Origin: an uncultured beta proteobacterium
GTDB taxonomy: Bacteria; Pseudomonadota; Gammaproteobacteria; Burkholderiales; Burkholderiaceae_F
Assembly: GCA_963766365.1 (NCBI GenBank)
Contig: CAVXZK010000010.1
Location: 5,783-69,782 of the forward strand
DNA length: 64,000 nt
Direction of reading: 5' to 3'
Shown: positions 8,746 to 18,747 of the stretch, piece after piece
Numbering within the stretch: the stretch's first letter is position 1
Layout: each line of letters begins with the position of its first letter
The notes under the pieces: generated by a model
Databases searched by the model: none
The model's input: only the letters and a program-made list of their open reading frames with translations
Told to the model about the DNA's origin: nothing
Translations under genes and position numbers: made by a program

Positions 8746-9795
8746 ATGGACTCCCTGACGATCACCCGCCCGGACGACTGGCACCTGCACCTGCGCGATG
8801 GCGCGGCGCTGGCCGCGGTGCTGCCGCACACGGCGCGCCAGTTCGCCCGCGCGATCGTGATGCCGAACCTCAAACCGCCGGTCACGACCGCGGCGATGGC
8901 GCAGGCGTATCGCGCCCGCATCCTGGCAGCGCTGCCGGCGGGGCTGGCTTTCGAGCCGCTGATGACGCTCTACCTGACCGACAACACGCCGGCCGACGAA
9001 ATCCGCCGAGCACGCGAGAGCGGCATCGTGCATGGTGTGAAGCTCTATCCGGCCGGCGCGACGACGAATTCGGATGCAGGCGTCACCGACATCCGCAAGC
9101 CGCGTGCGGCCCTGGAAGCCATGCAGGAAGTCGGTCTGCCGCTGCAGGTGCATGGCGAGGTCACTCACACGCGGGTGGATGTGTTCGACCGTGAACAGGT
9201 CTTCATCGACGAAGTGTTGCATCCGTTACGCCGCGACTTCCCGGCGTTGAAGGTGGTGTTCGAGCACATCACGACGCGCGAGGCGGCGCAGTACGTGCGC
9301 GACGCGAGCGGGCCTATCGCGGCGACGATCACCGCGCATCATCTGCTCTTCAACCGCAACGCGATCTTCATGACGGCGGACGGCAAGGCCGGCGTGCGGC
9401 CGCACTATTACTGCCTGCCGGTGCTGAAGCGCGAGGCACATCGGCTGTCCCTGGTCGAAGCGGCCACCAGCGGCAACCCGCGCTTCTTTCTCGGCACCGA
9501 CTCAGCGCCGCACCCGCAAGGCGAGAAGGAAACCGCTTGCGGCTGCGCCGGCTGCTACACCGCGTTCAACGCGCTCGAGCTCTACGCCGAAGTGTTCGAG
9601 GACGCGGGCCGGCTCGACCGGCTCGAAGCTTTCGCCAGCCACTTCGGCGCCGACTTCTACAACCTGCCGCGCAACCGCGGCACGGTGACGCTGCAGCGCC
9701 GGGCCACGACGGTGCCGGCTGAGCTGCCGTTCGGCGAGACCACCGTGGTACCCCTGCGCGCAGGCGAATCGCTGCGCTGGAGTCTCGCCGCCTGA
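8746..9795 (+). CDS. pyrC: dihydroorotase (homodimeric type)
   Basis: MDSLTITRPDDWHLHLRDGAALAAVLPHTARQFARAIVMPNLKPPV.. is the classic PyrC N-terminus (HxH metal site). An alternative ATG lies at 8737. Confidence 0.92.
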   Translation: MDSLTITRPDDWHLHLRDGAALAAVLPHTARQFARAIVMPNLKPPVTTAAMAQAYRARILAALPAGLAFEPLMTLYLTDNTPADEIRRARESGIVHGVKLYPAGATTNSDAGVTDIRKPRAALEAMQEVGLPLQVHGEVTHTRVDVFDREQVFIDEVLHPLRRDFPALKVVFEHITTREAAQYVRDASGPIAATITAHHLLFNRNAIFMTADGKAGVRPHYYCLPVLKREAHRLSLVEAATSGNPRFFLGTDSAPHPQGEKETACGCAGCYTAFNALELYAEVFEDAGRLDRLEAFASHFGADFYNLPRNRGTVTLQRRATTVPAELPFGETTVVPLRAGESLRWSLAA

Positions 9796-9809
9796 TCGCC
9801 TTCGACGCG

Positions 9810-10559
9810 TTGCGGCCCTGGATGGCGGCCGTCGCTGCCGACCTGCCGCTGCTGGCTGCCGCCGACCCGCGCGCTGCGCTGTCGCGAGCGGCCACAAAGC
9901 GCGGCATCACGGCCGCGAACGGTCGTCCGCTCGAATTCGTTGCCGCCGATGACGCGCCGCTGCGCACCGCCTACGAGGCGCACATCGCCGCCAGCGGCCG
10001 CGTGCCGACACGCCTGAACGCACACGACCTGTTGAACGCGCTCGCCTGGCTGGCCTTTCCGCGCAGCAAGGCGCGCCTCAACGAACTGCAGTCGGCGGCG
10101 ATTGCGCGCGACGGGGTCGGCGCGCGCCGCGGTGGGGTGCGCGACGCGGCCACGCTCTTCGACGAGAACGGAGCGGTCCTGGCGACCGACGACGCGTGGG
10201 TCGTGCAGCGCCTGCGCGAGCGGCGCTGGCACGAGCTCTTCATCGACGGTCGCGCGCGCTGGGACGGCGTGCGGGTACTGGCCTTCGGCCATGCGCTGAT
10301 GGAAAAGCTGGCGTCGCCCTACAAGGCCATCACCGCGCACGCGCTCGTGCTCCCGCGACCGGCATCGACCGACAGCAGCGAACTTGATGCCGCAGTGGCG
10401 GACTTGCTGGACGAGGACTTTGGCACGACGGCGCTGCTGCCGTTACCGGTGCTCGGCATCCCGCGCTGGTGGGCCGCGAATGAGGACCCGGCGTTCTACG
10501 ACGACGTGTTCGTGTTCCGCACCGCACGGGTCGGGTCCGTCGGTACGCCGCGCGGGTAA
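9810..10559 (+). CDS. DUF3025-family protein
   Basis: 249-aa ORF with ..HDLLNALAWLAFPRSKARLNELQ... This family often follows pyrC in betaproteobacteria (recalled, not searched). Confidence 0.65.
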   Translation: MRPWMAAVAADLPLLAAADPRAALSRAATKRGITAANGRPLEFVAADDAPLRTAYEAHIAASGRVPTRLNAHDLLNALAWLAFPRSKARLNELQSAAIARDGVGARRGGVRDAATLFDENGAVLATDDAWVVQRLRERRWHELFIDGRARWDGVRVLAFGHALMEKLASPYKAITAHALVLPRPASTDSSELDAAVADLLDEDFGTTALLPLPVLGIPRWWAANEDPAFYDDVFVFRTARVGSVGTPRG

Positions 10560-11329
10560 GGGTCGAGGGTCTCGACCGGCCGCCCGGCCCGCTGGGCGAT
10601 GAGCCGCACCGCCTGCTCAAGCTCAGCCGGTGTCTTGCCGTGCGAGACGCGCCACGACTCCCAGGCGCGCCCGTCGGCCAGCACGATGCGGTACGCGGGC
10701 TGCCGCACGATGTCGCCGTGCCAGGCCTTGCGCGACTGCAGCACTTCGACCGCACGGACGTCGGCGTACGCATACGAGCGACTCTGCAGGGTCCACAGCG
10801 GATCCCAGGTGAGCGAGCCTGGGGTGACGTGCAGGTGCCAGCCGGCCAGCAACAGCGTCGCGACGATGCCGGCCGCCGAGGCCAGCCCGCCCTTGAGCCA
10901 CGCGAGTGGTTGCGGACGGAGCCGATCGTGACGTGCCCGCGCGGCAAGAACCGCGTGCAGCCGCTCGGGCGGGAGCGCTCGCGCCCGCCGTCGGCTCCAC
11001 ACGGCCAGGGCCACCGGCCAGGCGAGCAGGGCGGCCGGTACCAGCCACAGCAGCAGGTTTGGGGCTAGCCGGACGTCGCCCGCGGGTGCAACCGCAGTCG
11101 CGGCGGCTGAAAGGGCGATGGCGGCGAGCACGGCGACCGCCGCGCCAGCGAGCAACCCTTCGCCGAGGCCACGATGCCAATCGCTGCGATACTGCGCGTC
11201 CCAGACGCCTGCGGGGCCGGGAGTCGTAGCGAACGGCGGCAGTCGCCGGAGAACCGACTTGAAGAGCTGCCAGGCGCCAGCGGCCAGAGCAACGACGACC
11301 GCAAACGCGGTCCACTGATAGAAGTCCAT
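10496..11329 (-). CDS. membrane protein, function unknown
   Basis: 277-aa ORF with about 4 hydrophobic helices, then a soluble C-terminal domain. Its 3' end overlaps the convergent DUF3025 gene by 64 nt. Confidence 0.55.
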   Translation of the reverse strand: MDFYQWTAFAVVVALAAGAWQLFKSVLRRLPPFATTPGPAGVWDAQYRSDWHRGLGEGLLAGAAVAVLAAIALSAAATAVAPAGDVRLAPNLLLWLVPAALLAWPVALAVWSRRRARALPPERLHAVLAARARHDRLRPQPLAWLKGGLASAAGIVATLLLAGWHLHVTPGSLTWDPLWTLQSRSYAYADVRAVEVLQSRKAWHGDIVRQPAYRIVLADGRAWESWRVSHGKTPAELEQAVRLIAQRAGRPVETLDPYPRGVPTDPTRAVRNTNTSS

Positions 11330-11434
11330 GTTTAGATACCGAAAGATGCAGCCCGACGACAGGGCGCAAGTTCACCAAGGCGTCCGGCACGGCGCCATCC
11401 GGAGTTACGCGAGATCATGCAGACGGGTGAATCG

Positions 11435-12400
11435 ATGAACGTCCTCGTGACCGGCGCTGCGGGTTTTCTCGGACAGCGCCTGATCCGGGCGCTGCTGGAA
11501 AGGGGCGAGCTGCACGCCGGCGGGCAGGCTCGGTCGATCGCGCGCATTACGGCGCTCGACGCGGTGGCGTCGGCTGCCGATGACGCACGCGTGCGCGTCG
11601 TGCAGGGTGACCTGGCCGATCGTCAGGTGCTGGCGCGGGCCTGTGATGACGGGATCGACAGCGTCTTCCACCTCGCGGCGGTGGTGTCGGGCGCGGCCGA
11701 AGCGGATTACGAACTCGGCATGCGCGTGAACCTCGACGGCACCCGCGCGCTGCTCGATGCCTGCCGCGCACAGCAGGCTGCGCCGACCTTCGTATTCGCG
11801 AGCTCGGTCGCGGTGTTCGGCGGCGATCTGCCCGAGGTGGTGGAGGATCACACGATCCCGGCACCGCAGTCGAGCTACGGCGTGCAGAAGCTGATCGGCG
11901 AACTGCTGGTCGGCGACTGCACGCGGCGCGGCTACCTCGACGGACGCGCGGTCCGCTTGCCGACGATCGTCGTGCGGCCAGGCAAGCCCAATGCAGCGGC
12001 GTCAAGCTTCGCGAGTGGAATCGTCCGCGAACCGCTGGCGGGGGAAGAAGCACTCTGTCCGGTCGGCCCGGAAACGCGGCTGTGGGTGATGTCGCCGGCG
12101 CAGGCGGTGCGCAACCTGATCCATGCGCACGAAACGCTGTCAGCGGCATGGGGCCGGCAGCGGGCGGTCAGCCTGCCGGGCTTGACCGTGTCGGTGCGCG
12201 AGATGCTCGACGCATTGCGACAGGTCGGCGGCGAGGCGGCGGTGCGACGCGTGCGCTTCCAGCCCGATGAGCGCATCGCGAAGATCGTCTACGGCTGGCC
12301 GGCGCGCTTCGATGCAGCGCGTGCGCAGGCACTCGGGTTCACGGCAGACACCGACATCGAGTCGATCGTGCGCGTCTACGCGGAGGAACACGCGCGATGA
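11435..12400 (+). CDS. NAD-dependent epimerase/dehydratase (extended SDR; D-erythronate dehydrogenase-like)
   Basis: MNVLVTGAAGFLGQRL.. Rossmann motif and ..SSYGVQK.. catalytic YxxxK. Confidence 0.85.
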   Translation: MNVLVTGAAGFLGQRLIRALLERGELHAGGQARSIARITALDAVASAADDARVRVVQGDLADRQVLARACDDGIDSVFHLAAVVSGAAEADYELGMRVNLDGTRALLDACRAQQAAPTFVFASSVAVFGGDLPEVVEDHTIPAPQSSYGVQKLIGELLVGDCTRRGYLDGRAVRLPTIVVRPGKPNAAASSFASGIVREPLAGEEALCPVGPETRLWVMSPAQAVRNLIHAHETLSAAWGRQRAVSLPGLTVSVREMLDALRQVGGEAAVRRVRFQPDERIAKIVYGWPARFDAARAQALGFTADTDIESIVRVYAEEHAR

Positions 12401-12675
12401 CGATGAAGAAGACCGAACTCGAGAAGCGCAAGGGGCTGAAGATCGCCAACGCCCTCAGGCAGTCCGGTCAGCGGTTCGACACGTCGGCAGTGGCGGACCG
12501 GCGTGCGCAGCGCGAGCGCGACCGCGCTGCCGGGCTGGTACCGTTCGCGGTCAAACTACCGGGTGAACTGCTGCAGCAATTGCACGAACAGGCCCGGCAG
12601 ACCAACCAGCCGCTCAACGAGTTAGTGGAACGCCTGCTGCGCACCGGATTGAAGACGGAGGGAGAAGGACAATGA
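12397..12675 (+). CDS. small protein with ribbon-helix-helix-like C-terminus
   Basis: 92 aa. The basic N-terminus is followed by ..VPFAVKLPGELLQQLHEQARQTNQPLNELVERLLRTGL (strand-helix-helix pattern). ATGA overlaps at both ends couple it to the SDR gene and the FKBP gene. Confidence 0.55.
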   Translation: MTMKKTELEKRKGLKIANALRQSGQRFDTSAVADRRAQRERDRAAGLVPFAVKLPGELLQQLHEQARQTNQPLNELVERLLRTGLKTEGEGQ

Positions 12676-13016
12676 GTTTGATCACGACCGCAAGCGGACT
12701 GCAGTACGAGGAGGTGCGCGTCGGCGCCGGAGCACAAGCACGTTCGGGACAGGAAGTCACCGTGCATTACACCGGCTGGCTCCTGGACGGCAGCAAGTTC
12801 GACTCGAGCCACGACCGGGGACAGCCGTTCGCCTTTGGGCTCGGCAGAGGCCAGGTTATTGCGGGCTGGGACGAGGGCGTCGAAGGCATGCAGGTCGGTG
12901 GCCTGCGCAAGCTCACGATTCCACCGCAGCTGGGTTACGGCGAATTCGGCGCGGGCGGCGTCATTCCGCCGAATGCGACGCTGGTGTTCGAGGTCGAGCT
13001 GATCGACGTCGGCTGA
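12672..13016 (+). CDS. FKBP-type peptidyl-prolyl cis-trans isomerase
   Basis: 114 aa, ..VTVHYTGWLLDGSKFDSSHDRGQPFAFGLGRGQVIAGWDEG..LVFEVELIDV is the canonical FKBP domain. Confidence 0.92.
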   Translation: MSLITTASGLQYEEVRVGAGAQARSGQEVTVHYTGWLLDGSKFDSSHDRGQPFAFGLGRGQVIAGWDEGVEGMQVGGLRKLTIPPQLGYGEFGAGGVIPPNATLVFEVELIDVG

Positions 13017-13038
13017 TCCGCCGGCGCGTCGCTGTCGC

Positions 13039-13635
13039 TCAGCCGCCAGCGCGCGCCAGCCAGCCCAGCATCAGCAGTCCCGCCGCCGCGACCCAGCTTC
13101 CGACCGCGCGTAGCGCGATGCGGCCCCACGCGGCCTGGATCGTCGTGACCTGCGCGGCCAGGATAGCGAACAGGCAGCAGGCGGCTGTGACCGCACCGGC
13201 GAGCGCAAGCGTGCCGGAACCTCCCAGCGAAGCGCCGTTCACGTAGCCGTGCAGCAGTCCGGCCATACCCGTGAACAATGCGACCGCGGCGACTTTCAGA
13301 CTTGTATTGAGCGCGACGAGAGCGCCGGCGAGGCCGAAGGTCAAAGTCGTCAACACCGGCAGTGTGAGGTTCGACGGGAAGAGCATGCCGACCGCGCCAC
13401 CGGCCAGCCATGCCAATGGCAGCGCCAGAAGCGCCCAGCGCGCGGCCTGCGTGCCGCGCTGGCCGGCGAGCAGTGCGAGCGCGACGACGACGAGCAGATC
13501 GGCCGGCGTCAGTACGACATGGGCGATCCCGTCGTAGAACGCACCGAACCCTGTCTCCACGAGGTGCGCGCGCGTCGGCGCTGCGGCCAGCGCCAGCAGT
13601 CCGATGAGGGCGCTCCGCTTCAGAACGGCCGTCAT
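13039..13635 (-). CDS. HupE/UreJ-family membrane protein (paralog 3)
   Basis: 198 aa from MTAVLKRSALIGLLALAAAPTRAHLVETGFGAFYDGIAHVVLTPADLL.., signal peptide plus about 5 TM helices. The ATG overlaps the upstream stop (ATGA at 13632-13635). Confidence 0.78.
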   Translation of the reverse strand: MTAVLKRSALIGLLALAAAPTRAHLVETGFGAFYDGIAHVVLTPADLLVVVALALLAGQRGTQAARWALLALPLAWLAGGAVGMLFPSNLTLPVLTTLTFGLAGALVALNTSLKVAAVALFTGMAGLLHGYVNGASLGGSGTLALAGAVTAACCLFAILAAQVTTIQAAWGRIALRAVGSWVAAAGLLMLGWLARAGG

Positions 13636-14231
13636 GCGATCGCCCTCCAGAGGAAGCAGAGCCCCGCCAGCGCCACACCGCCACCCGCGGCGCGCACAAC
13701 CTGTCGCCCCATTGCCCAGCGATGCGCGAAGCCGATGAGTATGCCGACCGCATGCAACAGCCCGGTGGCGACGACGAAGCCGAGACTGTAGAGCAGCGCA
13801 CTCGTGCCCTCGGGCAGTTCGCGGCCGTGCGCGTGACCGTGGAAGATCGCAAAGAAAGCGACGATGAGCGCAGCGATCCAAAGCGGCGGCCGGACTTCCG
13901 CCAGCACCATCGCGCCCAGCACCATCGCCGACAGCGCAATGCCGATCTCGACCCCGGGTAACGGAAATCCGAGCAGGCCTATCAGTCCGCCGAACGCCAT
14001 CACGAGCGGAAACGCGACAGGCAGCACCCAGATCGCCGGCGCGCCGAGTACCGCACCCCACAATCCGACCGCAACCATCGCCAGCACGTGGTCGAGTCCC
14101 GAGACCGGATGGGCGAGCCCCGCGAGGAATCCGGCCGCCCGGCCGCTTTCTTCGTGCGCGAACGCGATCGCCGGCAACAGTGCGAGGAGCGCAACGCGCA
14201 CCATCACGCAGGACGCCGACCGGCTTGTCAT
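13632..14231 (-). CDS. HupE/UreJ-family metal (Ni/Co-type) permease (paralog 2)
   Basis: 199 aa, ..AFAHEESGRAAGFLAGLAHPVSGLDHVLAMVAVGLWG.. and ..FAIFHGHAHGRE.. are HupE/UreJ signatures. ATGA overlap with the upstream gene at 14228-14231. Confidence 0.85.
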   Translation of the reverse strand: MTSRSASCVMVRVALLALLPAIAFAHEESGRAAGFLAGLAHPVSGLDHVLAMVAVGLWGAVLGAPAIWVLPVAFPLVMAFGGLIGLLGFPLPGVEIGIALSAMVLGAMVLAEVRPPLWIAALIVAFFAIFHGHAHGRELPEGTSALLYSLGFVVATGLLHAVGILIGFAHRWAMGRQVVRAAGGGVALAGLCFLWRAIA

Positions 14232-15247
14232 GCGACACCTCGCAGCAGAATCGCCACGCGCTGAATCGTCCAGAACGCCCCGAGCGTGCCCACCAGATAA
14301 CCCGGCAGCCGCTTGACGATTCGCGGCCAGTGAATCTCCAGTAGCCGGAATGCGCGTTCGAGCAGCAGGATCAACAGGACGAACGCGAGCTGACCGATCT
14401 CGACGCCGACGTTGAAGAGCAGCAGCGCCAGCGGAATCTCGCCCTTGGGCAGGCCGAGCTGCGCCAGTCCGCTCGCGAAGCCAAACCCGTGCAGCAGTCC
14501 GAACGCGAACGCGACGACCCACGGGTGGCGGATCGTGAAGCTCGTCTGTCCGCGCCAGCGCCGCACGATCTCCGGTCCGAGGAACAGGATCGACAACGCG
14601 ATCACGGCGTTCAGCGGCGCCGCTGGCACCTGTGCGATGCCGAACGTGGCGACCGCCAGCGTGATGCTGTGCGCAATCGTGAACGCGGTGACGGTCTTCA
14701 CCAGCATCCAGCGGTCGCGCACGATCAGCAGCAGCCCGAGCACGAACAGCAGGTGGTCGACGCCGAGCAGGATGTGCTCGATGCCGAGATAGAGATACGC
14801 GCCGACGCCGCGCCGCGTGTCGCCCGCCGCACGCAGCGTGACCGACGGCTGTATCGGCTTCAGCACGTGCGTCTCGACGCTCTCGTCGGCATGCTGCACG
14901 CGGACCAGCACGTCGGTGACGAACGCCTCGAGCCCCTCGATCGCGATCGCCTGCCCGGCGAGGCCGGACCTGCACTCGAGTCGCGCCGTGAACACCCAGG
15001 CGGTGCCGGCGCGGCTGCTGCGCGCCTCCCCGATCTGGCGGCAGGTCTCCGGGAACACCGGCGCTATCGGCATGCGCGTATCCGAGCCGCCGAGCGAAGG
15101 CAGCTTCCACAGCACGTCGTAGCGGCCGGGCGCCGTCTCCTTCAGTTCGAGGAAGCCGGGCTGAAGCTCATGTGCAGCGACAGGCGCGAAGAGAAGTGGC
15201 GCGATCGCCGCCAGCAATGCAAGCAGCCCGCGCAGCGCGCGCGTCAT
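14228..15247 (-). CDS. HupE/UreJ_2-like membrane protein with ~170-aa N-terminal periplasmic domain (paralog 1)
   Basis: Start at MTRALRGLLALLAAIAPLLFAPVAAHELQPGF.. (signal peptide). The C-terminal half has ..GIEHILLGVDHLLFVLGLLL.. and ..FGLLHGFGFA... ATGA overlap with the PPIase gene at 15244-15247. Confidence 0.75.
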   Translation of the reverse strand: MTRALRGLLALLAAIAPLLFAPVAAHELQPGFLELKETAPGRYDVLWKLPSLGGSDTRMPIAPVFPETCRQIGEARSSRAGTAWVFTARLECRSGLAGQAIAIEGLEAFVTDVLVRVQHADESVETHVLKPIQPSVTLRAAGDTRRGVGAYLYLGIEHILLGVDHLLFVLGLLLIVRDRWMLVKTVTAFTIAHSITLAVATFGIAQVPAAPLNAVIALSILFLGPEIVRRWRGQTSFTIRHPWVVAFAFGLLHGFGFASGLAQLGLPKGEIPLALLLFNVGVEIGQLAFVLLILLLERAFRLLEIHWPRIVKRLPGYLVGTLGAFWTIQRVAILLRGVA

Positions 15248-16101
15248 GGCTTGCCGGCCTCCGGCATCTGCACCTTGATCGCGTACTTCGCGCGCAGCTT
15301 GTCGTAGAACGCCTTCGCAAGCGCCTGCCGTCGGGCGTTCGCCCATTCGCGCTCGACCAGCGGGCGGACGTCATCGAGCGCGGACGTGCCGCCCGGCTGA
15401 AGCGCTTCCAGGCGTACGACGTGCACGCCGTATCCGGACGGAATCGGACCCACCCACTGGCCGACCGGCTGCTTGACGAGCGCCTCGGCAAACGCGCTGC
15501 CGAACAGGCGCGCGACCTCCGCCTGCGGCATGTTCTCGTAGCGCGCCTCAAGCAACAGAAGTCGGTCGCCCGACTTCGCAGGATCGACACTTGTGCCCGC
15601 CCGGCTCAACGAATCGAGCAGGCGCCTTGCATCCGCGTCGATAGTCGACGTGCGCTTGCGCGGGTCGAGGTACACCTGGACAAAGGTCACACGCGGTTCG
15701 CTGCGAAAGGCTTCGGCGTTGGCCTTCAGGTAGGCGTTCAGTTCCTCATCGGTCGGCTTCGCGAGAGCCGCCGCCTCTTCCGAGACGAACTCCATTTTCT
15801 GCTGAAGGCGTCGACGGATGATCGAGTCGTCACGGTCGAGTCCGAGCGCGAGTGCCTCGCGGTAGAACACTTCCTCGCGCACGTGTGACTCCACCAGTCC
15901 GTCGAGTTCCTCGCGCGTCGGCGGTCGCTGCCAGGTGCGGCGAAAGTTCTGCGCGAGGTTGCTGACGCGCGCCTCGCTGACGACGATTTCGGTGCTGGCC
16001 GTATTGGCGCTAGTTGGACGCAGCCAGGCATCGAGCGCGAAGAACGCCGCGCCGAGCAGCAGGAACTGGACGAGGGGCTCGCGCGCGAGCGACTTCAGCA
16101 T
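15244..16101 (-). CDS. membrane-anchored PpiC/parvulin-type peptidyl-prolyl isomerase
   Basis: 285 aa with N-terminal anchor ..REPLVQFLLLGAAFFALDAWL.. and a SurA/PpiD-like architecture. Confidence 0.75.
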   Translation of the reverse strand: MLKSLAREPLVQFLLLGAAFFALDAWLRPTSANTASTEIVVSEARVSNLAQNFRRTWQRPPTREELDGLVESHVREEVFYREALALGLDRDDSIIRRRLQQKMEFVSEEAAALAKPTDEELNAYLKANAEAFRSEPRVTFVQVYLDPRKRTSTIDADARRLLDSLSRAGTSVDPAKSGDRLLLLEARYENMPQAEVARLFGSAFAEALVKQPVGQWVGPIPSGYGVHVVRLEALQPGGTSALDDVRPLVEREWANARRQALAKAFYDKLRAKYAIKVQMPEAGKP

Positions 16102-16137
16102 CGTGCCGCGTTTTCTGCCGGGATCGAGGGCGGCGCG

Positions 16138-16737
16138 TCAGCCGCGCGCGCGGTCGTTCAGCCAGCCGCGCGCCGTGGCGACGTCGGGCGCCGGCCCGTA
16201 CAGCCGAATGACACCGAGGGACAGGGCTTCGTCGAAGGTCAGGCTGCCGGCAGCAATCGCCTCGACGACGGCGATGTCGGTGACCACGACCACGTCGCCC
16301 CGCTCAGGGCCCTCGACGTGCAGGAGGGACTTGACCGCGCCTCGTTCCGCTTCAATCCGGTTCCACATGACCGGGCCGAGTAACACCACGGCGAGGCTCG
16401 GCCGGGTTGTCGTCGTGCCGGGTTCCGCCAGCCGCGCCACAAACTGGCGCAACAATGTGTTCGCCCGGATCCCCCGCATCGCTGCGCGTGCCTCCGGCGT
16501 GAGGTCGTCGCGCTGCGCAAGCGGATCGCGCGGTAGTTTCCCGGCAAGCTGCGCTTGCCAGATGGCCGTGCCCACGTGAAGCGACTCTGGGTACGCCAGG
16601 TTCAGGACCCCGCGGCGCATCGTGATAGACGACGGATCCTCGAGGCCGCACGCGGTGGCCGCTGCGGCGACGGCGAGGAGCGCGCCGCCGATCGCGATCG
16701 ACAGCAGGCCAGCGACACGACGGCGTGCGGGGTTCAT
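16138..16737 (-). CDS. possible lipoprotein, function unknown
   Basis: Start at MNPARRRVAGLLSIAIGGALLAVAAAATACGLED.. (signal peptide with Cys). ATGA overlap with the DUF3604-A stop at 16734-16737. Confidence 0.6.
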   Translation of the reverse strand: MNPARRRVAGLLSIAIGGALLAVAAAATACGLEDPSSITMRRGVLNLAYPESLHVGTAIWQAQLAGKLPRDPLAQRDDLTPEARAAMRGIRANTLLRQFVARLAEPGTTTTRPSLAVVLLGPVMWNRIEAERGAVKSLLHVEGPERGDVVVVTDIAVVEAIAAGSLTFDEALSLGVIRLYGPAPDVATARGWLNDRARG

Positions 16738-18680
16738 GACGGCGAATACCAGATCGGCGCCGTGTACGCGCGCTCCTGCAGGGTCATCGTCACGCCGGCC
16801 GGAGCCTTGATACCGAAGCGCTTGACGTCGTATGCCGTCCACCGCGGCGTCGGGATCTCGAGCACGCGGGCGTAATAGAACGCACGATCGCCCGGCTTGA
16901 AGTCCGGGTCGCGCCACACGGTGATCAACTCGGGCGCGCCGACCGAGTTGGTCCACGTCGCATTGGCCACGTCGACGCTGCTGCCCACCGACGGTACCTT
17001 GCTGTCCTTGCCGGGCTTGCGGTCGCCGCTCCACACCACGTCGTAGACGCGTTCCTGCAACTCACCCTTGGCATCCATCCAGCCCTTGACGATCTGAATC
17101 CGATCGAGATTGGCGCCGATCGGGTCCTTCAACGCGGCAACGAGGAAGGTCGGCGCCTTGCCGGCGGGTGCTTTGGCAAGATCACCTCCCATCGGTACTC
17201 CCTTGGCGTAGCCGACCGCGGCGGGCAACCGGTTCTGCGCGTCCTGCGCCGCGAAGTCCCAGCCGCCGAAGAAGCGCACCGCCATACGCGTGCCCGTGGT
17301 GGCATACGTCTCGCGGCGCTTCATCGCGTCGAAGATCGCTTCGCGGCTGTTGTCGGTCGCCCATACCGCAGCGAACCCAGAGGCACCGACTTCCCAGTCC
17401 ATGATGCGAACGCCGGACTTTGCGTTGTTGAAGAAAGTCGCACTGATCCGCTCGGGGCTCGGCTCCTGCGGCACCGTCTTGCCGAAGAAGTTGTCTTCCT
17501 CCATCGCGGCGAGGCCGGTGTGCGAATCGCTGCTGCCGATCATGCCGAACTTGAAGGGGTTGACTCCCAGTTTCGCGTCCAGCTTGAGGCCATTCTTCAG
17601 TGCCGAGCGGGCGTACTCGAACTCGAGCATATCCTTCGTCTTGGCCACGGTTCCATCGAGATTGCCCTTGTCCCAGAGCTCGAAGTTCGCGAACTCGTCG
17701 TTCAACGACAGGAACGGATGCGCCTCCCCGGTGCCCTTGGTCTGCGTGACTTCATAAAGCGGTTCCCAGCGTGCGCGCGTCGCGGCGTACTCGCGATCGA
17801 TCGGCTTGCCGAACGCCTCGACGACCGGGAACATCCGCCCGTTGCTCAGGTTGCCGTTGTGTGCGATCGCGAGCACTTCGGTGCCCGTCTTCTCCTGCGT
17901 CGCCGCCATCCACTTCCACAGGTCGACCGGGTTGTCGCTGCCGAGCGGCTTCAGCGTCGTGTACGGCTCGACCAGCGAGGCCTGCGCGCCGTTGCCGCGA
18001 AAGATCACGTTGCGGTGCAGGTTGTTGCCGCCGGTATTGGACGTCCACTCGAAGCCGATGAACGCGGTGAACCGCCCGGGGTCGTTGTAGTCCTCGGCCG
18101 CCTTGATCGTCTGCTGCCACGCGCCGCGGTAAGCGGTGGTGCCGGGCAGCGGGAATCCCTCGGGCATCTGGCCCTTGCCAAAGCTGACGATGATGTCGAT
18201 CGCCGCCGCAGCGCCTTGCCCGCCGCGGATCTGGTCGTACCACTTGCGGCCCTGCGGCGTCGCGAGCAGTGCCGGGTCCCCGCCCATCAGCAATGGGAAG
18301 AAGCCCATGCCATCCGAGTGATCCGCGACCACCAGCCAGTCGAGCGGGCGCGACAACTGGACCCGCTGCCCGGTCGACGAGGTCACTTCCTCGCCGCGTG
18401 CGAAGCGGTAGGCGTCACTCGGGGACAGGCGGGCGCCGAACGCGCCCGCATCCATCGAGAATCCGGTGTGCAAGTGCGTGTCGCCGAACAGCGGTCGCGT
18501 CGGGAACTTGCGGCCCGCGTAGGGCGAGTAAAGCGGCTTGGCAGGATGAACCTTGTCGAGCGTCGCCTTGTCGGCGGTCCCGGAGATGCCGACGTTGCCC
18601 TGTTGCGCCAGTGCAGCCCAGAAAACTCCGCCGCCGACCGCGAAGGCAATGGCTGCCCTAATCAACCTCTTCGCACTCAT
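16734..18680 (-). CDS. secreted DUF3604-family protein (paralog A), PHP-like metal-dependent hydrolase fold
   Basis: 648 aa with a signal peptide. Motifs: FGDTHLHTGFSMDA, VADHSDGM, FEWTS, AIAHNGNLSNG, GSSDSHTG, C-terminal ..ERAYTAPIWYSP. Confidence 0.85.
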   Translation of the reverse strand: MSAKRLIRAAIAFAVGGGVFWAALAQQGNVGISGTADKATLDKVHPAKPLYSPYAGRKFPTRPLFGDTHLHTGFSMDAGAFGARLSPSDAYRFARGEEVTSSTGQRVQLSRPLDWLVVADHSDGMGFFPLLMGGDPALLATPQGRKWYDQIRGGQGAAAAIDIIVSFGKGQMPEGFPLPGTTAYRGAWQQTIKAAEDYNDPGRFTAFIGFEWTSNTGGNNLHRNVIFRGNGAQASLVEPYTTLKPLGSDNPVDLWKWMAATQEKTGTEVLAIAHNGNLSNGRMFPVVEAFGKPIDREYAATRARWEPLYEVTQTKGTGEAHPFLSLNDEFANFELWDKGNLDGTVAKTKDMLEFEYARSALKNGLKLDAKLGVNPFKFGMIGSSDSHTGLAAMEEDNFFGKTVPQEPSPERISATFFNNAKSGVRIMDWEVGASGFAAVWATDNSREAIFDAMKRRETYATTGTRMAVRFFGGWDFAAQDAQNRLPAAVGYAKGVPMGGDLAKAPAGKAPTFLVAALKDPIGANLDRIQIVKGWMDAKGELQERVYDVVWSGDRKPGKDSKVPSVGSSVDVANATWTNSVGAPELITVWRDPDFKPGDRAFYYARVLEIPTPRWTAYDVKRFGIKAPAGVTMTLQERAYTAPIWYSPS

Positions 18681-18747
18681 TCAAGCCTCCCGGCACGACC
18701 GCGCTAAATCGGGTCGTCAGTGTAGCCGGCGGTTACGGAGTGTCGCT

